Notes: generated by a model not told the origin, from the sequence alone. Counted from the first letter of the stretch, positions 21,620-32,863 are shown. The stretch is 64,000 bases of DNA from an uncultured delta proteobacterium (GCA_963850305.1 CAWKKR010000008.1:832001-896000), one strand, 5' to 3'. Translations and numbers: made by a program.

Positions 21620-22474
21620 CTATCTCGGGCCTGGTTGTCCTCCCGGAGCTTTGCGCGCGGCGTCGATGGCTCGCTTCTGTTCGACCGTGAAATAGCGGCC
21701 TGGAATCTTCAGCGCGACGCCGTTCACGTGCACCTGGACGGCGGTGACGTCGCGGAACGAGACGTCGGGCGCAAATACGGCGATCACTCCTTCGACCCTG
21801 GCTCGGGGCGGCACGGTCGTGGTTCGAGCTCGCGCGACGTCGGTGCTCGATGCCGCGCCCCGTGCTGTCGAGCCGTTCGAGCCGAGGGCGAGCGCGCCGT
21901 CGACGTCGAGGACGATCGCGATCTGGCCTTCGACGTTGTCCACGCCGAAGAGCACCAGTCGACCCGGGCGGTCGGCGCCCCTCAGCAATAGTTTGCCTGC
22001 GCCGGATCGAGGATCGATCTCGAGCGCAAACACCTCGGCTCCGTCCACCCGAACGCCACCGTTCCAGCCGGGAAAGTCGTGGACGGCGCGGGTGACGGCG
22101 GCGTGCAGCTCCGCCTCGGAAGCGCGGGCGGAGAGGACGCCCGTGAGCGACGCGAGCTGCGTCAGCACCAGGATGGCGACGCTGACCCCGGTTCCGATCG
22201 CCGCCCGGCGCAGGGACGCTCCGCGCAAGGGTGCGCGGGCAATCAGGAGGAGCGCCGTCATTCCAAGCGCAGCGCCGAGGACCGCGGCGATCTCCGCGGC
22301 CAGGATGAGGAGCTCCGGGGGAACGGCGAGGCTCGCCGCCGCTCGGTCAGAGAGCCCGACCAAAAAGAGTGCCGCAACCGGCAGAAGCCACGACAGGTTG
22401 GCCAGGTACGGCGTGACCCGTTCGGCTGCCGGTGGAGATGCGAGGGACGCCACTTTCCGAGGAGCTTCACACAC
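21620..22474 (-). CDS. Hypothetical membrane protein
   Basis: Three hydrophobic helices followed by a soluble domain; start uncertain. Confidence 0.6.
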   Translation of the reverse strand: MCEAPRKVASLASPPAAERVTPYLANLSWLLPVAALFLVGLSDRAAASLAVPPELLILAAEIAAVLGAALGMTALLLIARAPLRGASLRRAAIGTGVSVAILVLTQLASLTGVLSARASEAELHAAVTRAVHDFPGWNGGVRVDGAEVFALEIDPRSGAGKLLLRGADRPGRLVLFGVDNVEGQIAIVLDVDGALALGSNGSTARGAASSTDVARARTTTVPPRARVEGVIAVFAPDVSFRDVTAVQVHVNGVALKIPGRYFTVEQKRAIDAARKAPGGQPGPR

Positions 22475-22507
22475 GGGTTTTGCTTTGTGGCAAATTACTG
22501 ATTCACG

Positions 22508-23584
22508 ATGGCCGACTCTGCATTGTCGTTCGCGGACGCACGGCGCGGCGAACGCGCCATGATCGCGCCCTCGATCGATCTGCTCTGCGTGGGGGGGCTG
22601 TCCGTGCTCGTCACGGGCGCCCTGCTATTCGGGACGAAGTCGTTCGACCATCGGGTCCCCTCTTTCGTCCCGTACGCGCTGACCGCCGCGATCACCTGGC
22701 CGCACTTTCTGTCGTCGTACCGGCTCCTCTATGCGACACGCGAGCGGATCCTGACGTACCGGAAGGCGTCGCTTTACTTTCCGGCGGCGCTCGCGGCGTA
22801 TGGGCTCTTCGCCGTCGTCCGGTCTCCCGTGACGGCGCTCCACGTCCATCTCCTCGCCCTGGTAGCGGCCGTTTACCTTGCTCGACACTACACGGGCCAG
22901 ACGTGGGGCATGATGGCGTCGTTCGCGCACGTCGAGGGACTCGCGTTCACGTCGAGGGAGCGCCGGCTCTGTCAGACGAGCCTCAATCTCGCCATGACCT
23001 GGCAGATCGCCTGGGCGGCGGCAGAGTCCGTCGGTCAAGTGGCGCCCTCGCTCGACCCCGTGGCGCGCTGGTTCGACGCGCACATCGATCCGCTGGGCAT
23101 CGCGGCGTTCGGAATCGGTCTCGTGGGGCTGGCACGGATGACGCGGAGAAGGGGTGCGCCACCGCCGGCCCGCGTCGCCGTTCCATACGTGGCGCTCTTC
23201 GGCTGGTACGCACTCTTGCGACACGATCCGACCAGCCTGGTCGTCGTGCAGGTCGCCCACGCGCTCCAGTATCTCCTCTTCCCGCTCCGGATCGAAGAGA
23301 ACACGCGCCCCGAGGGCCCCGCGCGCGTGACGGCGGGGCGGGCGCTCGTGTGGCTCGTCGGCCTCGTCGCGGTGAGCATGGCGGTCTTCGCCGGGCTTCC
23401 AACGCTGTTTCGCTATTCGTACGCGGCGTCCGGGGGCGTCGCCGATCTCCCCGTCGCGTTCACGTCGGTCTTCGTCTCGTTCATCAACATCCACCATTAC
23501 TTCGTCGACGGCTGTCTCTACAAACTCCGCAACCCTGCGGTCCGCAGGGATCTCTTCGCTCATCTGGCCACGGCCGCCGGCTGA
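22508..23584 (+). CDS. Polytopic membrane protein with conserved-looking His motifs
   Basis: About 8-9 TM segments; WPHF, RHY..Q, HALQY and IHHYFVDG. Confidence 0.8.
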   Translation: MADSALSFADARRGERAMIAPSIDLLCVGGLSVLVTGALLFGTKSFDHRVPSFVPYALTAAITWPHFLSSYRLLYATRERILTYRKASLYFPAALAAYGLFAVVRSPVTALHVHLLALVAAVYLARHYTGQTWGMMASFAHVEGLAFTSRERRLCQTSLNLAMTWQIAWAAAESVGQVAPSLDPVARWFDAHIDPLGIAAFGIGLVGLARMTRRRGAPPPARVAVPYVALFGWYALLRHDPTSLVVVQVAHALQYLLFPLRIEENTRPEGPARVTAGRALVWLVGLVAVSMAVFAGLPTLFRYSYAASGGVADLPVAFTSVFVSFINIHHYFVDGCLYKLRNPAVRRDLFAHLATAAG

Positions 23585-23590
23585 AAGGGC

Positions 23591-25132
23591 TCAGCGAGCC
23601 GCTGCGCGAGCGGCCTGGGCGCGCCGGAAGTGCTCGACAGCCTCGGCGTCGTGTCCGGTCTCGACGAGAGAGACGGCGAGGTTGGCTTCCAGCGACGTCA
23701 AGGTTGGGTCCCTCGCCAGCGCCTGCTCGTAAAAGCGGACCGCGTCGCCATAGCGCGCATGCTCGAACGCGTCGGTGCCAGCGTCCCCGAGGTAGCTGGT
23801 CGAGCCGAGGTACGCCGCGAGCCCGCGCGTGTAGCGCTCCCCGGGGTGACCGCTCCACTCGACGCAAACGACGCCAACCTTCCTTTTGCACCCGAGCGCG
23901 AGCGCGTCGCGAACCCGGCCGATGAAGAGCGCGTTCTGCGCCGCGACGGCCGTAACCGCGACGGCCACGAGCGCCCACCGAAAGGCGAAGAGGCTGCCCG
24001 CCAGAAGCTCGGCGACGAGGACGAGCACCGGCAGCGCCGTGTGGATGGTGAAGATGAAGGGTTGTCCGTTCGCGCGGTAGAAGAAATGGAAGACGACGTT
24101 GAAGCCGATGTAGAGGAACGCAACTTCGGCCGAACGGGAACGGAGCGCGCGCGGCGCCGTTCGGCGCAGGACGGCGACGACGGTGAGTGCCACGAGCGCG
24201 AGCAACCCGATGACGTAGCCGGGGGCCTTCCAGTTTCCGAACTGGAGCATCTGATTCGGCCCGGTCGCGGACTCCACGACCTGAACGACGCAGCCCGGGG
24301 CGACGAGATTGTCGACCAGGAACGCGCGCGTCAGGTGACCCATCTCACGGAAGGAGAACGGCCGAGCGAAGCTCAGGAAGACGTCATGCCGTGACGCCGC
24401 CAGCGGGTTCAAAGCAGCGAGGTCGTGTGACACCTTGCTGCCCAGAAGCGCACGCTGCGTGAAGAGGAGCGCGACGAAGACGATCGCCACGGCGACGGCG
24501 TACGCCAGCAACGACCCGGCACGGCTCCGCCACGTCGTCTGGCTCCGGCGGAGATCCACCAGGTACGCGAGCACGACGTAGACGCCGTTGGTCACCGTCA
24601 CGCCGATTGCCAGCGCGGAGAGCAGCACGAACGTCGCGAAGCGCCATGTGTTTTCCCGCGACGGCCACGAGCTTTGCTCACGCATCAGGAAGCACGCCGT
24701 GATCACGGCTGCATTGAGGGCGAAGGTCTCGGGCACCGACGCCAGGAGCCAGACGGTGGAGCAGGTGCCGAAGAGGATCGCGAATGCGACCGCGAGCCGT
24801 TCGTCGGCCAGGATTCCCCGGAAGACGACGGTCGACGCTGCGACGGAGAGCGCCGCCCCCGACGCCACGATCAGTCGGATCGCGGAGATCGTGGGAAGAC
24901 CGAAACCCGCAAGGGCGGATGCCGGCCATGCCACGATGAGCTCGAACAGGGGGTGTCGCCCGAAAACGACGTCGTTCTGGCGGCCGAGGACGTCCGCGAG
25001 GATTCGATCGAGGTCCGCGTCGAAAACGAAGTTGTGCGCCAGCACGTTCGGCGCACGAAGATCGATCGACGTCAGATAGAGGCCAAGGAACGCCGCAAAG
25101 AGCCCGAAAGAGATCCAGCGACGAGAGCGCAT
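23591..25132 (-). CDS. Membrane protein with C-terminal TPR (glycosyltransferase-C-like topology possible)
   Basis: Many TM segments, RHPL and PET motifs; TPR-like DAVRFYEQALARDP. Confidence 0.75.
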   Translation of the reverse strand: MRSRRWISFGLFAAFLGLYLTSIDLRAPNVLAHNFVFDADLDRILADVLGRQNDVVFGRHPLFELIVAWPASALAGFGLPTISAIRLIVASGAALSVAASTVVFRGILADERLAVAFAILFGTCSTVWLLASVPETFALNAAVITACFLMREQSSWPSRENTWRFATFVLLSALAIGVTVTNGVYVVLAYLVDLRRSQTTWRSRAGSLLAYAVAVAIVFVALLFTQRALLGSKVSHDLAALNPLAASRHDVFLSFARPFSFREMGHLTRAFLVDNLVAPGCVVQVVESATGPNQMLQFGNWKAPGYVIGLLALVALTVVAVLRRTAPRALRSRSAEVAFLYIGFNVVFHFFYRANGQPFIFTIHTALPVLVLVAELLAGSLFAFRWALVAVAVTAVAAQNALFIGRVRDALALGCKRKVGVVCVEWSGHPGERYTRGLAAYLGSTSYLGDAGTDAFEHARYGDAVRFYEQALARDPTLTSLEANLAVSLVETGHDAEAVEHFRRAQAARAAAR

Positions 25133-25203
25133 GTGGAACGCTGGATGATAAGGCAGCCCGCCGCCTCGGACCGCTCAATCGTCCCCCCCGACGGGCGCGG
25201 CTT

Positions 25204-25983
25204 TCAGAGGGCTTCGATGATGAGACTCTGGGTGGCTCTGCCGATCGGCCCGTCCGCGTCGAAGAGCTGGCTCTCCGCGACGCCGACGCCGTTCGGCGAC
25301 ACCCGGGTACGCGCGTCGAGACACGTCCATTCGCCCCGCTGGTACCGGTGCAGATACACGGTGAGGTCTGGATTGATGAAGGTGTGCGTGCCCGCGAGCA
25401 CGGACGAGATCCCGTTGCCGAAGTCAGCGACCGCGGCGACGCGGCAGAGCGGCGAGGTCTCTTCGTCCGCAAGGAGCGGCACGCGGAGGCGGATCCAGTC
25501 CGTCGCGGGCCCGGGCTGAGCGATGCTGCCGCGCAGGAACCGGTGTTCCACGCCTCGGTTGTGGAAGCCGTCCAGGAAGTGCGACGACGTGAACGGCGTC
25601 CCCTCTTCGGGAAGACCCAGCCGCGGTGCATCGTCCGGCGGCAAACTCGGGAGCGGCACGTCGGCTTGTCGGATCCGGAGCGCCGTCATCCGCGCGACCA
25701 CGTTCGCCTCCGTGCCGAGCGTCGCCTCGACGAGCTGCACCTTCTTCCCCTGACGCACCCAGCGGACCGCAACGGCGAGCGGCTCCGGCGGCACCGGGCG
25801 AAGGAGCTCCACCGTCATCCGGGCGACGAACGGCGCGCTCGCGTTCTCGAATCGCTCGACGGCGCGCGCCAGCAGGGCCGACGGCGGTCCCCCGTGAAGC
25901 GCATTGGGACTCCACGGCCCGTGCGAGAACAAAGTGGGGCGAAAGTGGGTCTCGTCGAGGCGGTCGAACAGAGCGTCCGTCAT
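25204..25983 (-). CDS. TesB-like thioesterase family protein
   Basis: GPWS..LHGGPPSALLARA, AVADFGNG and FINPDLTVYLHR. Confidence 0.9.
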   Translation of the reverse strand: MTDALFDRLDETHFRPTLFSHGPWSPNALHGGPPSALLARAVERFENASAPFVARMTVELLRPVPPEPLAVAVRWVRQGKKVQLVEATLGTEANVVARMTALRIRQADVPLPSLPPDDAPRLGLPEEGTPFTSSHFLDGFHNRGVEHRFLRGSIAQPGPATDWIRLRVPLLADEETSPLCRVAAVADFGNGISSVLAGTHTFINPDLTVYLHRYQRGEWTCLDARTRVSPNGVGVAESQLFDADGPIGRATQSLIIEAL

Positions 25984-26101
25984 CCGGAGACGCTTAGCGC
26001 GGACCCGGACGGGGCTCTACCGTCATTCGGGGCGCGCCGCAGGGCCTGCCGAGACGACGCGCGCCCCCTTCGTCTCTCGAGTTCGGCTCGATGGAGACGG
26101 T

Positions 26102-29100
26102 TCAGTGCGCGGCGTGCGGAACGCCGAGCGCCGCCGGCCCGGTCTCATCGTGCTCGCTCGATTCCTCGCGCTTGGCGAAGATGAGGAACATCACCGGGAC
26201 GAGGAAGAGCGACAGGATCGTGGACGAGGTCAGGCCGCCCACGACGGAGAGGGCGAGCGGCTGGTTCGCCGCGGAGCTCCGCTCGATACCGGACGCCGTG
26301 GGGAGGAGTCCAATGACGGTCGCGAGGCTCGTCATGGCGATCGGAACGAACCGCGAGCGCGCGGCGGCGATGATCGCTTCCACCTTGTCCACGCCTTCGT
26401 TGAGACGGCGATTGGCGTCGTCGACCAGGAGGATGCCGTTCGACACGGCGATCCCGATGACCATGAGGATACCCATGAGGGCGGTGATCGAAAATCCCTG
26501 CCCGGCCGCCATGAGCGCGAGCACGATGCCGACGAGCGACACGGGGATGGTGAACAGCATGACGAAGGGCAACCGCAGGGACTTGAACTGCGACGCCATG
26601 ATCATGAACACCACCATCACCGCGAGTCCGAGTGCGACGCCGAGGCCGGAGAAGGTGTCCCTCATCAGTTCCACCTGACCGACGAAGTCGAACGGGATGT
26701 TGCGCGTTCGAGGGTCTTCATGGAGGGCACGCTCCAGATCTTTGGCGACGGAACCGATGTCGCGCCCCTCGGTCTGCATGAGGATGTGCCCGGCACGCTC
26801 GAGGCGATTCCGTTCGATGCCGATGGGGCCGACCGACCGACGAACCTCTCCGTAAGCGCCGAGGCGGACGGGTTTGCCGTTCTCGCCGATGTGCACGGGG
26901 AGCTGCGCGAGGGCGTTGATGTCGTTGACCTTGGCGCCGTCGTAGTCGGTGACGACGTAGTAGCTCTGTCCGTTGTTCGGATCGAGCCAGACGCTCGGCG
27001 TGTTGATATTGCCGAGCGTCGCCTCGAGCGTCGTCTGCGCCGCGTCCCGTGTGGTGACACCGACGAGCCCGGACTTCGTGCGATCCGTGTCGATGTGGAT
27101 CTCCGGATAATTCATCTCGAGCGACGGCCAGACGTCGCGCACGCCGGGAACGGTCCGGGCCACCTCGGCGACGGCCTTGCTGCGCGCGTCGAGCTCTTCG
27201 AGGCTTTCGCCACGGACCTCGACGACGACGGGTGCATTATAGCCGTTGTTGAAGACGCTCGTGACGAGCCCACCGGGCAACTCGAGAAACTCCACGCCGG
27301 GGTAATGGCGCTTCAGAATCTTCCGCATCTCGTCGGCGATCTGACGTTGCGTATGCACACGATCCTCGGGGTCCGAAAGCGCGAGCCGGATGAATCCCAT
27401 GTGGGGACCCCAGTTGGGGCTGGTCATCGCGCTCCGGGCGTTGTTCGGCGAGCCCACGTTCGTGAGCACGAGCTTCACTTCGCTCTTCGGCAGCTCACGC
27501 CGGAGCGTCATCCCCATTTCCTTGATCTGCTCCGCCGCTTGCTCGAGAGACGTACCCGGAGTGAGCCTCACGTAGACGCGCTCCATCGATTCGTCGATCT
27601 CGGGGAAGAAGGTGCTCGGTAACCGGTTTGCGGCCCACGCGCTCGCCAGGACGAGCAGGAACGACGCCGCGAGGACGGTGCTCTGGAACGGGAGGACCCT
27701 GCGGAGCGTCCGTGCATACCCTTCGGCGAGCCCGTCGATGGCCGCCTCGACGCGCTTCCCGAGGGCGCCGTGCTCGACGTGGCCGAGGAAATACCTGCAC
27801 GCGACGGGCGTGACGCAGATGCTGACGAAGTACGACGCTGTCATCGCGACCGCCACCGTCAGTGCGAGCGGCCCGAAGAGCTTCTGCGCGAGCCCGGCGA
27901 GGAGCAGCACCGGCAGCAAGACCGCCATCGTCGTCAGGGTCGACGCGAGCACGGGGAGCGCGACCGCGTTCGTGCCCTGGAGCGCCGCATGGAACGCGCT
28001 CAGCCCCTGCCGTTGATGACGGTGGATCGACTCGAGCACGACCACCGCGTCGTCCACGAGACGCCCCATGGCGAGCGTCAGACCGCCCAGCGTGAAGGCG
28101 TTCAACGTCTGACCGGTCGCGTAGAGGACGATCAGCGTGATCGCGAACGACAGCGGGATCGCGACCGAAACGATCATCGTGCCCCGCGTGCTCTGAAGGA
28201 AGAGCAGGATGACGATGGCGATGAGCACCAGCGCCTGGAGGACTTCCTTCTTCAATCCATCGTACGTCGTGCGGACGAACGTCGACTGATCGAAGACCGG
28301 GAGAACCTCCAGGCCGCGCGGCAGGTCGTGAAGTTCGGTCACTGCCTTTTTGACGGCGTCGACGATCTGGATCGTGTTGCCGCCCGGTACACGGAGCACG
28401 TTCAGGTAGACCGCGTTTTGACCGCCGACGGTGACGGACTGAGTCTCCGGTGCGCCGCCGTCTTCCACTCGCGCGACGTCCCGGATGAGGACGGGGGCGC
28501 CGTCGCGGTACTTGATGAGCGCGTCGCCGATCGTCGCGACTCGCGCGGGCACGGCGTTCGTGTACACGTTCGCGTCGAATTTGGGCGAGAGGAACTCACC
28601 CGATGGCAAGAGCGCGTTCGAGTCGCGTACGGCTGCTGCCACCTCGGTGGAGGTGATGCCGCGCGCCTGCGCTTCCACCGGGTCGACCACCACGTTGATC
28701 TGCCGCTGGCGTCCGCCGTTGATGGACGCACTCGCCACGCCGGGAATACCTTCGAGGATCGGCTCGATGTAGTTCTGTGCGTAGTCGTAGAGCTGCGGAC
28801 CCGTGAACCCAGGGCCGGAGACGGCGACCTGGATCACCGGCGCGTTCGACGGATCGTACTGGAGCACGAACGGCGGGAGCACGCCGAGAGACTTCGGCAC
28901 GGCCGCCATCGCGAACGCGGCTTGCTGCTGCACGAGCGTCTGGGCACCGTTCAGATCCGTGCCCCACTTGAGCCACACGTAGACGATGCTGAGGTTGTTT
29001 CGGGAAGTGCTCTCCACGTGGTCCACGCCCGGCGTCGCGCTGACGTATTTCTCCAGGCGCCATGAGAGCGTCTTCTCGACGTCCTTCGGGCCGAGGCCCG

Positions 29101-29248
29101 GCGCCATCGTTCCGATGATGAGCACGGGCGGAGTGAGGTCCGGAAAGGTATCCACGCTCATGCGCGGCGTGACGACGAACGCGAACACGACGACCGCGAT
29201 GCACATCATCAGCACCGCGACCGGATTCTTGAGCGCGAGCGCCGTCAC
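26102..29248 (-). CDS. RND efflux permease (AcrB/CzcA-like)
   Basis: 1048 aa; GRLVDDAVVVLESIHR, SNGILLVD and RFVPIAMT. Confidence 0.95.
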   Translation of the reverse strand: MTALALKNPVAVLMMCIAVVVFAFVVTPRMSVDTFPDLTPPVLIIGTMAPGLGPKDVEKTLSWRLEKYVSATPGVDHVESTSRNNLSIVYVWLKWGTDLNGAQTLVQQQAAFAMAAVPKSLGVLPPFVLQYDPSNAPVIQVAVSGPGFTGPQLYDYAQNYIEPILEGIPGVASASINGGRQRQINVVVDPVEAQARGITSTEVAAAVRDSNALLPSGEFLSPKFDANVYTNAVPARVATIGDALIKYRDGAPVLIRDVARVEDGGAPETQSVTVGGQNAVYLNVLRVPGGNTIQIVDAVKKAVTELHDLPRGLEVLPVFDQSTFVRTTYDGLKKEVLQALVLIAIVILLFLQSTRGTMIVSVAIPLSFAITLIVLYATGQTLNAFTLGGLTLAMGRLVDDAVVVLESIHRHQRQGLSAFHAALQGTNAVALPVLASTLTTMAVLLPVLLLAGLAQKLFGPLALTVAVAMTASYFVSICVTPVACRYFLGHVEHGALGKRVEAAIDGLAEGYARTLRRVLPFQSTVLAASFLLVLASAWAANRLPSTFFPEIDESMERVYVRLTPGTSLEQAAEQIKEMGMTLRRELPKSEVKLVLTNVGSPNNARSAMTSPNWGPHMGFIRLALSDPEDRVHTQRQIADEMRKILKRHYPGVEFLELPGGLVTSVFNNGYNAPVVVEVRGESLEELDARSKAVAEVARTVPGVRDVWPSLEMNYPEIHIDTDRTKSGLVGVTTRDAAQTTLEATLGNINTPSVWLDPNNGQSYYVVTDYDGAKVNDINALAQLPVHIGENGKPVRLGAYGEVRRSVGPIGIERNRLERAGHILMQTEGRDIGSVAKDLERALHEDPRTRNIPFDFVGQVELMRDTFSGLGVALGLAVMVVFMIMASQFKSLRLPFVMLFTIPVSLVGIVLALMAAGQGFSITALMGILMVIGIAVSNGILLVDDANRRLNEGVDKVEAIIAAARSRFVPIAMTSLATVIGLLPTASGIERSSAANQPLALSVVGGLTSSTILSLFLVPVMFLIFAKREESSEHDETGPAALGVPHAAH

Positions 29249-30419
29249 GGCCGGGGACCCTTCGCCATCGCGTCGACCTCCGCCGACGCCGCGGGCTCGG
29301 TCGAGTGCTCCTCCGTGGCGACCACGTGATCCCCCTCCTCGAGAAGCCCGCGTCCCTCCGTCACCACGAGAGTACCGGGCGCGAGCGACGTCCCCAGGTA
29401 AAGTTGCCCCTCGGATTCTCCCTCGACCGGGAAGGTCTTCTTGTTCGCCACGTCACCGTTCACCACGAAGACGGACGCCTTCGCGCCGCGAAGGGTCGCG
29501 GCGTAGAGTGGGATCTCGCTCGCGGGCTTGGGCACCCCGACGTCGATGTGAACCTCTCCGGTCGTGCCGACGGGAATTTGTCGGTTCGGATCTGGAATGT
29601 CGATCTCGAAATGGACTGTCCGTGTATGTGGATCCGCAGACGGCGCGCGGCGCGAAACCACTCCGACCACGTCTTCGTCGATCGCGTAGAGATGAACTCG
29701 TACCTTCGCGCCCGGGGCCACCACACCGAAGTCTATTTCCGGCGCGTCCGCCGTCATTCGCACCACCGTGCGGTCCACCTCGGTGACGATGGACGAGCCC
29801 GGCCGTGCGAACGCGCCGGGGTCCATCAGGCGCTGGGCGATCTCGCCGTCGAACGGCGCGCGCAGGACGCAGTCGCTCACCGCGAGAACCGTGGTCGCGA
29901 GGGTAGCCCGCGTCGCCTCGAGCTGCGCGAGCTGCGCGGCGCTCTGTGCGGCCTTCTGTTCCGCTTCGTTCGGCGAGACGAAGCCTCCGTCGAGGAGCGT
30001 GTTCGTGCGCGCGGCCTCGTCCGCGAGGGCCTTCTGCTGCGCGTCGATGGCGCGCGCCTGGCTCGCGACGGCTCTCTGTCCGGCGCTGGCCGTCCGGCAA
30101 TCGAGCGTCGCAAGGATCTCTCCGCGCTTGACGGCGGCGCCCGGGCGCACGAGCACCGTGTCCACGTACGCGGAGACGAGCTGCGGTCCGATGCTGGCTT
30201 CGACCCAGGGCTCGAGCGTGCCGACGTACATCCTCGACGGCCGATACATCGCCGCCTTTGCGGCCATGACGGTGACCGGCTTCGCCGTCGACGAAAGGGC
30301 AACCTTGTTCGTCCGCGCTTCGGCTCGGAGCATCATCGAGACGCCGAGCGCGAGGACGGCGAGCACGGCCGCGCCGATGACGAGGGGCACGGTCAGCTTA
30401 CGGGGGGATCGTTGACCAT
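29245..30419 (-). CDS. RND membrane fusion protein, with an apparent 1-nt deletion in the C-run near 30405
   Basis: VLVRPGAAVKRGEILATLD and LRAPFDGEI. The ATG at 30419 overlaps the tolC stop (TGATG) but is out of frame by one base. Confidence 0.85.
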
Positions 30420-31810
30420 CAAATTCCTTCCGCGATTGCGCGCCCGAACGCCGCGCGTGCACGCGCCGTCTCGAATTCTCCGAGGGCGAGTTGAATCTCC
30501 GCATCCGCCCGCAGCGCCTCGGCATCGGCGAGCTCCACGCTCGTTCCGAGGCCTGCTTTGAAGCGCGCCTCGGCCTGTGCGTAATTGGCGACGGCGGCCG
30601 TGACCGCTTGCTCGAGCTCAGGCAGAGCGGTGCGCGCCACCTGGACCTGTATGTAGCTCTCTCGAACGCGGGCCGTCACTTCCTGGCGCGCGACGCCGAT
30701 CTCCTCCTGTGCAACGCGTTCTTCGGCGCGAGAAGCGTCCTTCCTCGCGGCGACGACGCCGTCGAACAGGGGCCACGTGAGGACAACCCCGACGTCCCAG
30801 TTCGGCACGTTCGGGACCCAGCCATTCCCGTCGGCGGGAATGCCGTTGCCGGACGGCGCCGCGCCGCCGGCGCGTCCCGTGAGAGTGGCCGTCAGCGCCA
30901 GATCAGGCCGCAGCTCGGCACCGACGGCGCGTGTCCGCTCCTCCGCGGCGCGGAGCTCCGCGAGCATGGCGAGCAGGTCCGGATCTTTCGCGCTCGCGCG
31001 CCGCAGCGCATCGTCGAGTGAGGGCAATTCATCGGGAGCAGGCGGACGATTGGCGACGTCGAGCGCGGCCTCCGGCGCGCCGACGGCGGCCGCGAAGACC
31101 GTCTGCGCCGTGATGACGCCGCCGCGCGCGCGGATCCGTCCGATGTCGAATTTCGCGAGATCGGCCTCGGCTCGAGTGAGCTCGATCGGCGATCTCAACC
31201 CCGAGCTCACGCCCGCCTTTGCCATGTCGCGGTGCACCCGGGTGCGCGCGTAAGCATCCTCCGACGCGCGCAGCACCGACTTCGCGGCGAACACCGCGAA
31301 GTACGCTTCCTCGACGTCGTACGTGACGTCGAGCAGCGCGCTCGCGGCGTGCTCGGTCTCGACTGCCACCCGCGCGTCTTCGGCTGCCGCCTGTGCGGCG
31401 ATGCGCCCGAAGTCGAACAGCTCCTGATCGCCCCCGATGCCGACGAGCGTCGACGCGTACGGCTGAAAACTGCCCTTGGCCACGCCGCGCGTCCCTCCAA
31501 TCCGAGGCAGATCGAGGACCCCCGTCGAGACATAGCTCCCCGTCGTCTGGTTCGCCGTGGCACCGAGGAGCTGCGCTGTCGCACCGAAGCTCGGAAGCCA
31601 CTGTGCCCTGGGAATGCCGGCGCGCGCTCGCTCCGACTCGATCCGGGCAAGGGCCGCGCGGACCTGTGGCTGGTGCGCGCGAGCGTATGCGATCGCGTCG
31701 GCGAGCGTCATCGAGCGGGGGCCTGGCGCCGGTGGCGCGGCGGGCTCTGCCCCTGCGCTCGTCGCAGCGAACAGCGAAGCGAGCGCGGCGTTCCGGAACC
31801 AGGTCACCAT
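30419..31810 (-). CDS. TolC-family outer membrane efflux protein
   Basis: Signal peptide, LFDFGR, WPLFDG and RFKAGLGT..ELADA. Confidence 0.92.
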   Translation of the reverse strand: MVTWFRNAALASLFAATSAGAEPAAPPAPGPRSMTLADAIAYARAHQPQVRAALARIESERARAGIPRAQWLPSFGATAQLLGATANQTTGSYVSTGVLDLPRIGGTRGVAKGSFQPYASTLVGIGGDQELFDFGRIAAQAAAEDARVAVETEHAASALLDVTYDVEEAYFAVFAAKSVLRASEDAYARTRVHRDMAKAGVSSGLRSPIELTRAEADLAKFDIGRIRARGGVITAQTVFAAAVGAPEAALDVANRPPAPDELPSLDDALRRASAKDPDLLAMLAELRAAEERTRAVGAELRPDLALTATLTGRAGGAAPSGNGIPADGNGWVPNVPNWDVGVVLTWPLFDGVVAARKDASRAEERVAQEEIGVARQEVTARVRESYIQVQVARTALPELEQAVTAAVANYAQAEARFKAGLGTSVELADAEALRADAEIQLALGEFETARARAAFGRAIAEGI

Positions 31811-32193
31811 TTCAGATACGGGCCTACCATCATGCGGCCTGAATTTGGCAATGCAGATCTCGAAAATACGTGGAGATCACTCGGGTCTCTTGCTCGGCCT
31901 CGACCTACCACGCCGCGATCCGGGAGCAATCGCATCGCAAAGGCCCGTGCCGCGTGGCGTGGCCCGGAGAAACTCCGATGCCGTGCCGGAATTTCTCCGA
32001 CCGACTCGACGCGGGCAGCCTCGCAGAGCGGCTGCAGTGACGGCTTCACGCGCACCCCCATCAAGCACGTCGTCGTGATCGCGACCGCAGCGGCTCCCGC
32101 GGGCTCGGCTGCGGACGCCAATGCTCGCGACGGCGAGACGCTCGACGCCGGCGAATCGCGACGCGTGCAGGGCGGGCCTTGCCCCGCGGCTCC

Positions 32194-32786
32194 GCGACCG
32201 CTCCCCCGCCGCCTTCGGCGCGCTCGTGTTCGCAAGGGGGTCTTGACCCCCGCGGCTTGCTTCGCAACCGCTCCCCCGCCGCCTTCGGCGCGCTCGTGCT
32301 CGCAAGGGGGTCTTGACCCCCGCGGCTCGCTTCGCGACCGCTCCCCCGCCGCCTTCGGCGCGCTCGTGTTCGCAAGGGGGTCTTGACCCCCGCGGCTCGC
32401 TTCGCGACCGCTCCCCCGCCGCCTTCGGCGCGCTCGTGTTCGCAAGGGGGTCTTGACCCCCGCGGCTCGCTTCGCGACCGCTCCCCCGCCGCCTTCGGCG
32501 GGCTCGTGTTCGCAAGGGGGTCTTGACCCCCGCGGCTCGCTTCGCGACCGCTCCCCCGCCGCCTTCGGCGCGCTCGTGTTCGCAAGGGGGTCTTGACCCC
32601 CGCGGCTTGCTTCGCAACCGCTCCCCCGCCGCCTTCGGCGCGCTCGTGTTCGCAAGGGGGTCTTGACCCCCGCGGCTTGCTTCGCAACCGCTCCCCCGCC
32701 GCCTTCGGCGGGCTCGTGTTCGCAAGGGGGTCTTGACCCCCGCGGCTTGCTTCGCAACCGCTCCCCCGCCGCCTTCGGCGGGCTCG
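32194..32786. repeat. 70-bp REP-like tandem array (8 full units plus a partial)
   Basis: CTCCCCCGCC recurs at 32201, 32271 ... 32761. Each unit has hairpins CGCC-TTC-GGCG and GGGGGTC-TT-GACCCCC. Confidence 0.97.
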
Positions 32787-32863
32787 CTATGCTCGCGTAG
32801 TGCCGCGGCTCTTTGATCCCTCGGGGACGACGCTGCTCGTCGATGCGGAACTACTAGGAAGCT

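Noticed and set aside
31804..32757. Repetitive ORFs across the 70-bp array
   Set aside because: The period is not a multiple of 3 and the same peptide cycles through all three frames. This is an artefact of stop-free GC-rich repeats.
32194..32786. CRISPR array
   Set aside because: The units are near-identical over the whole 70 bp, with no unique spacers and no cas genes.
32787..32863. Transposase C-terminal extension beyond the IS end
   Set aside because: A one-base correction gives EIKPHAA* inside the element.
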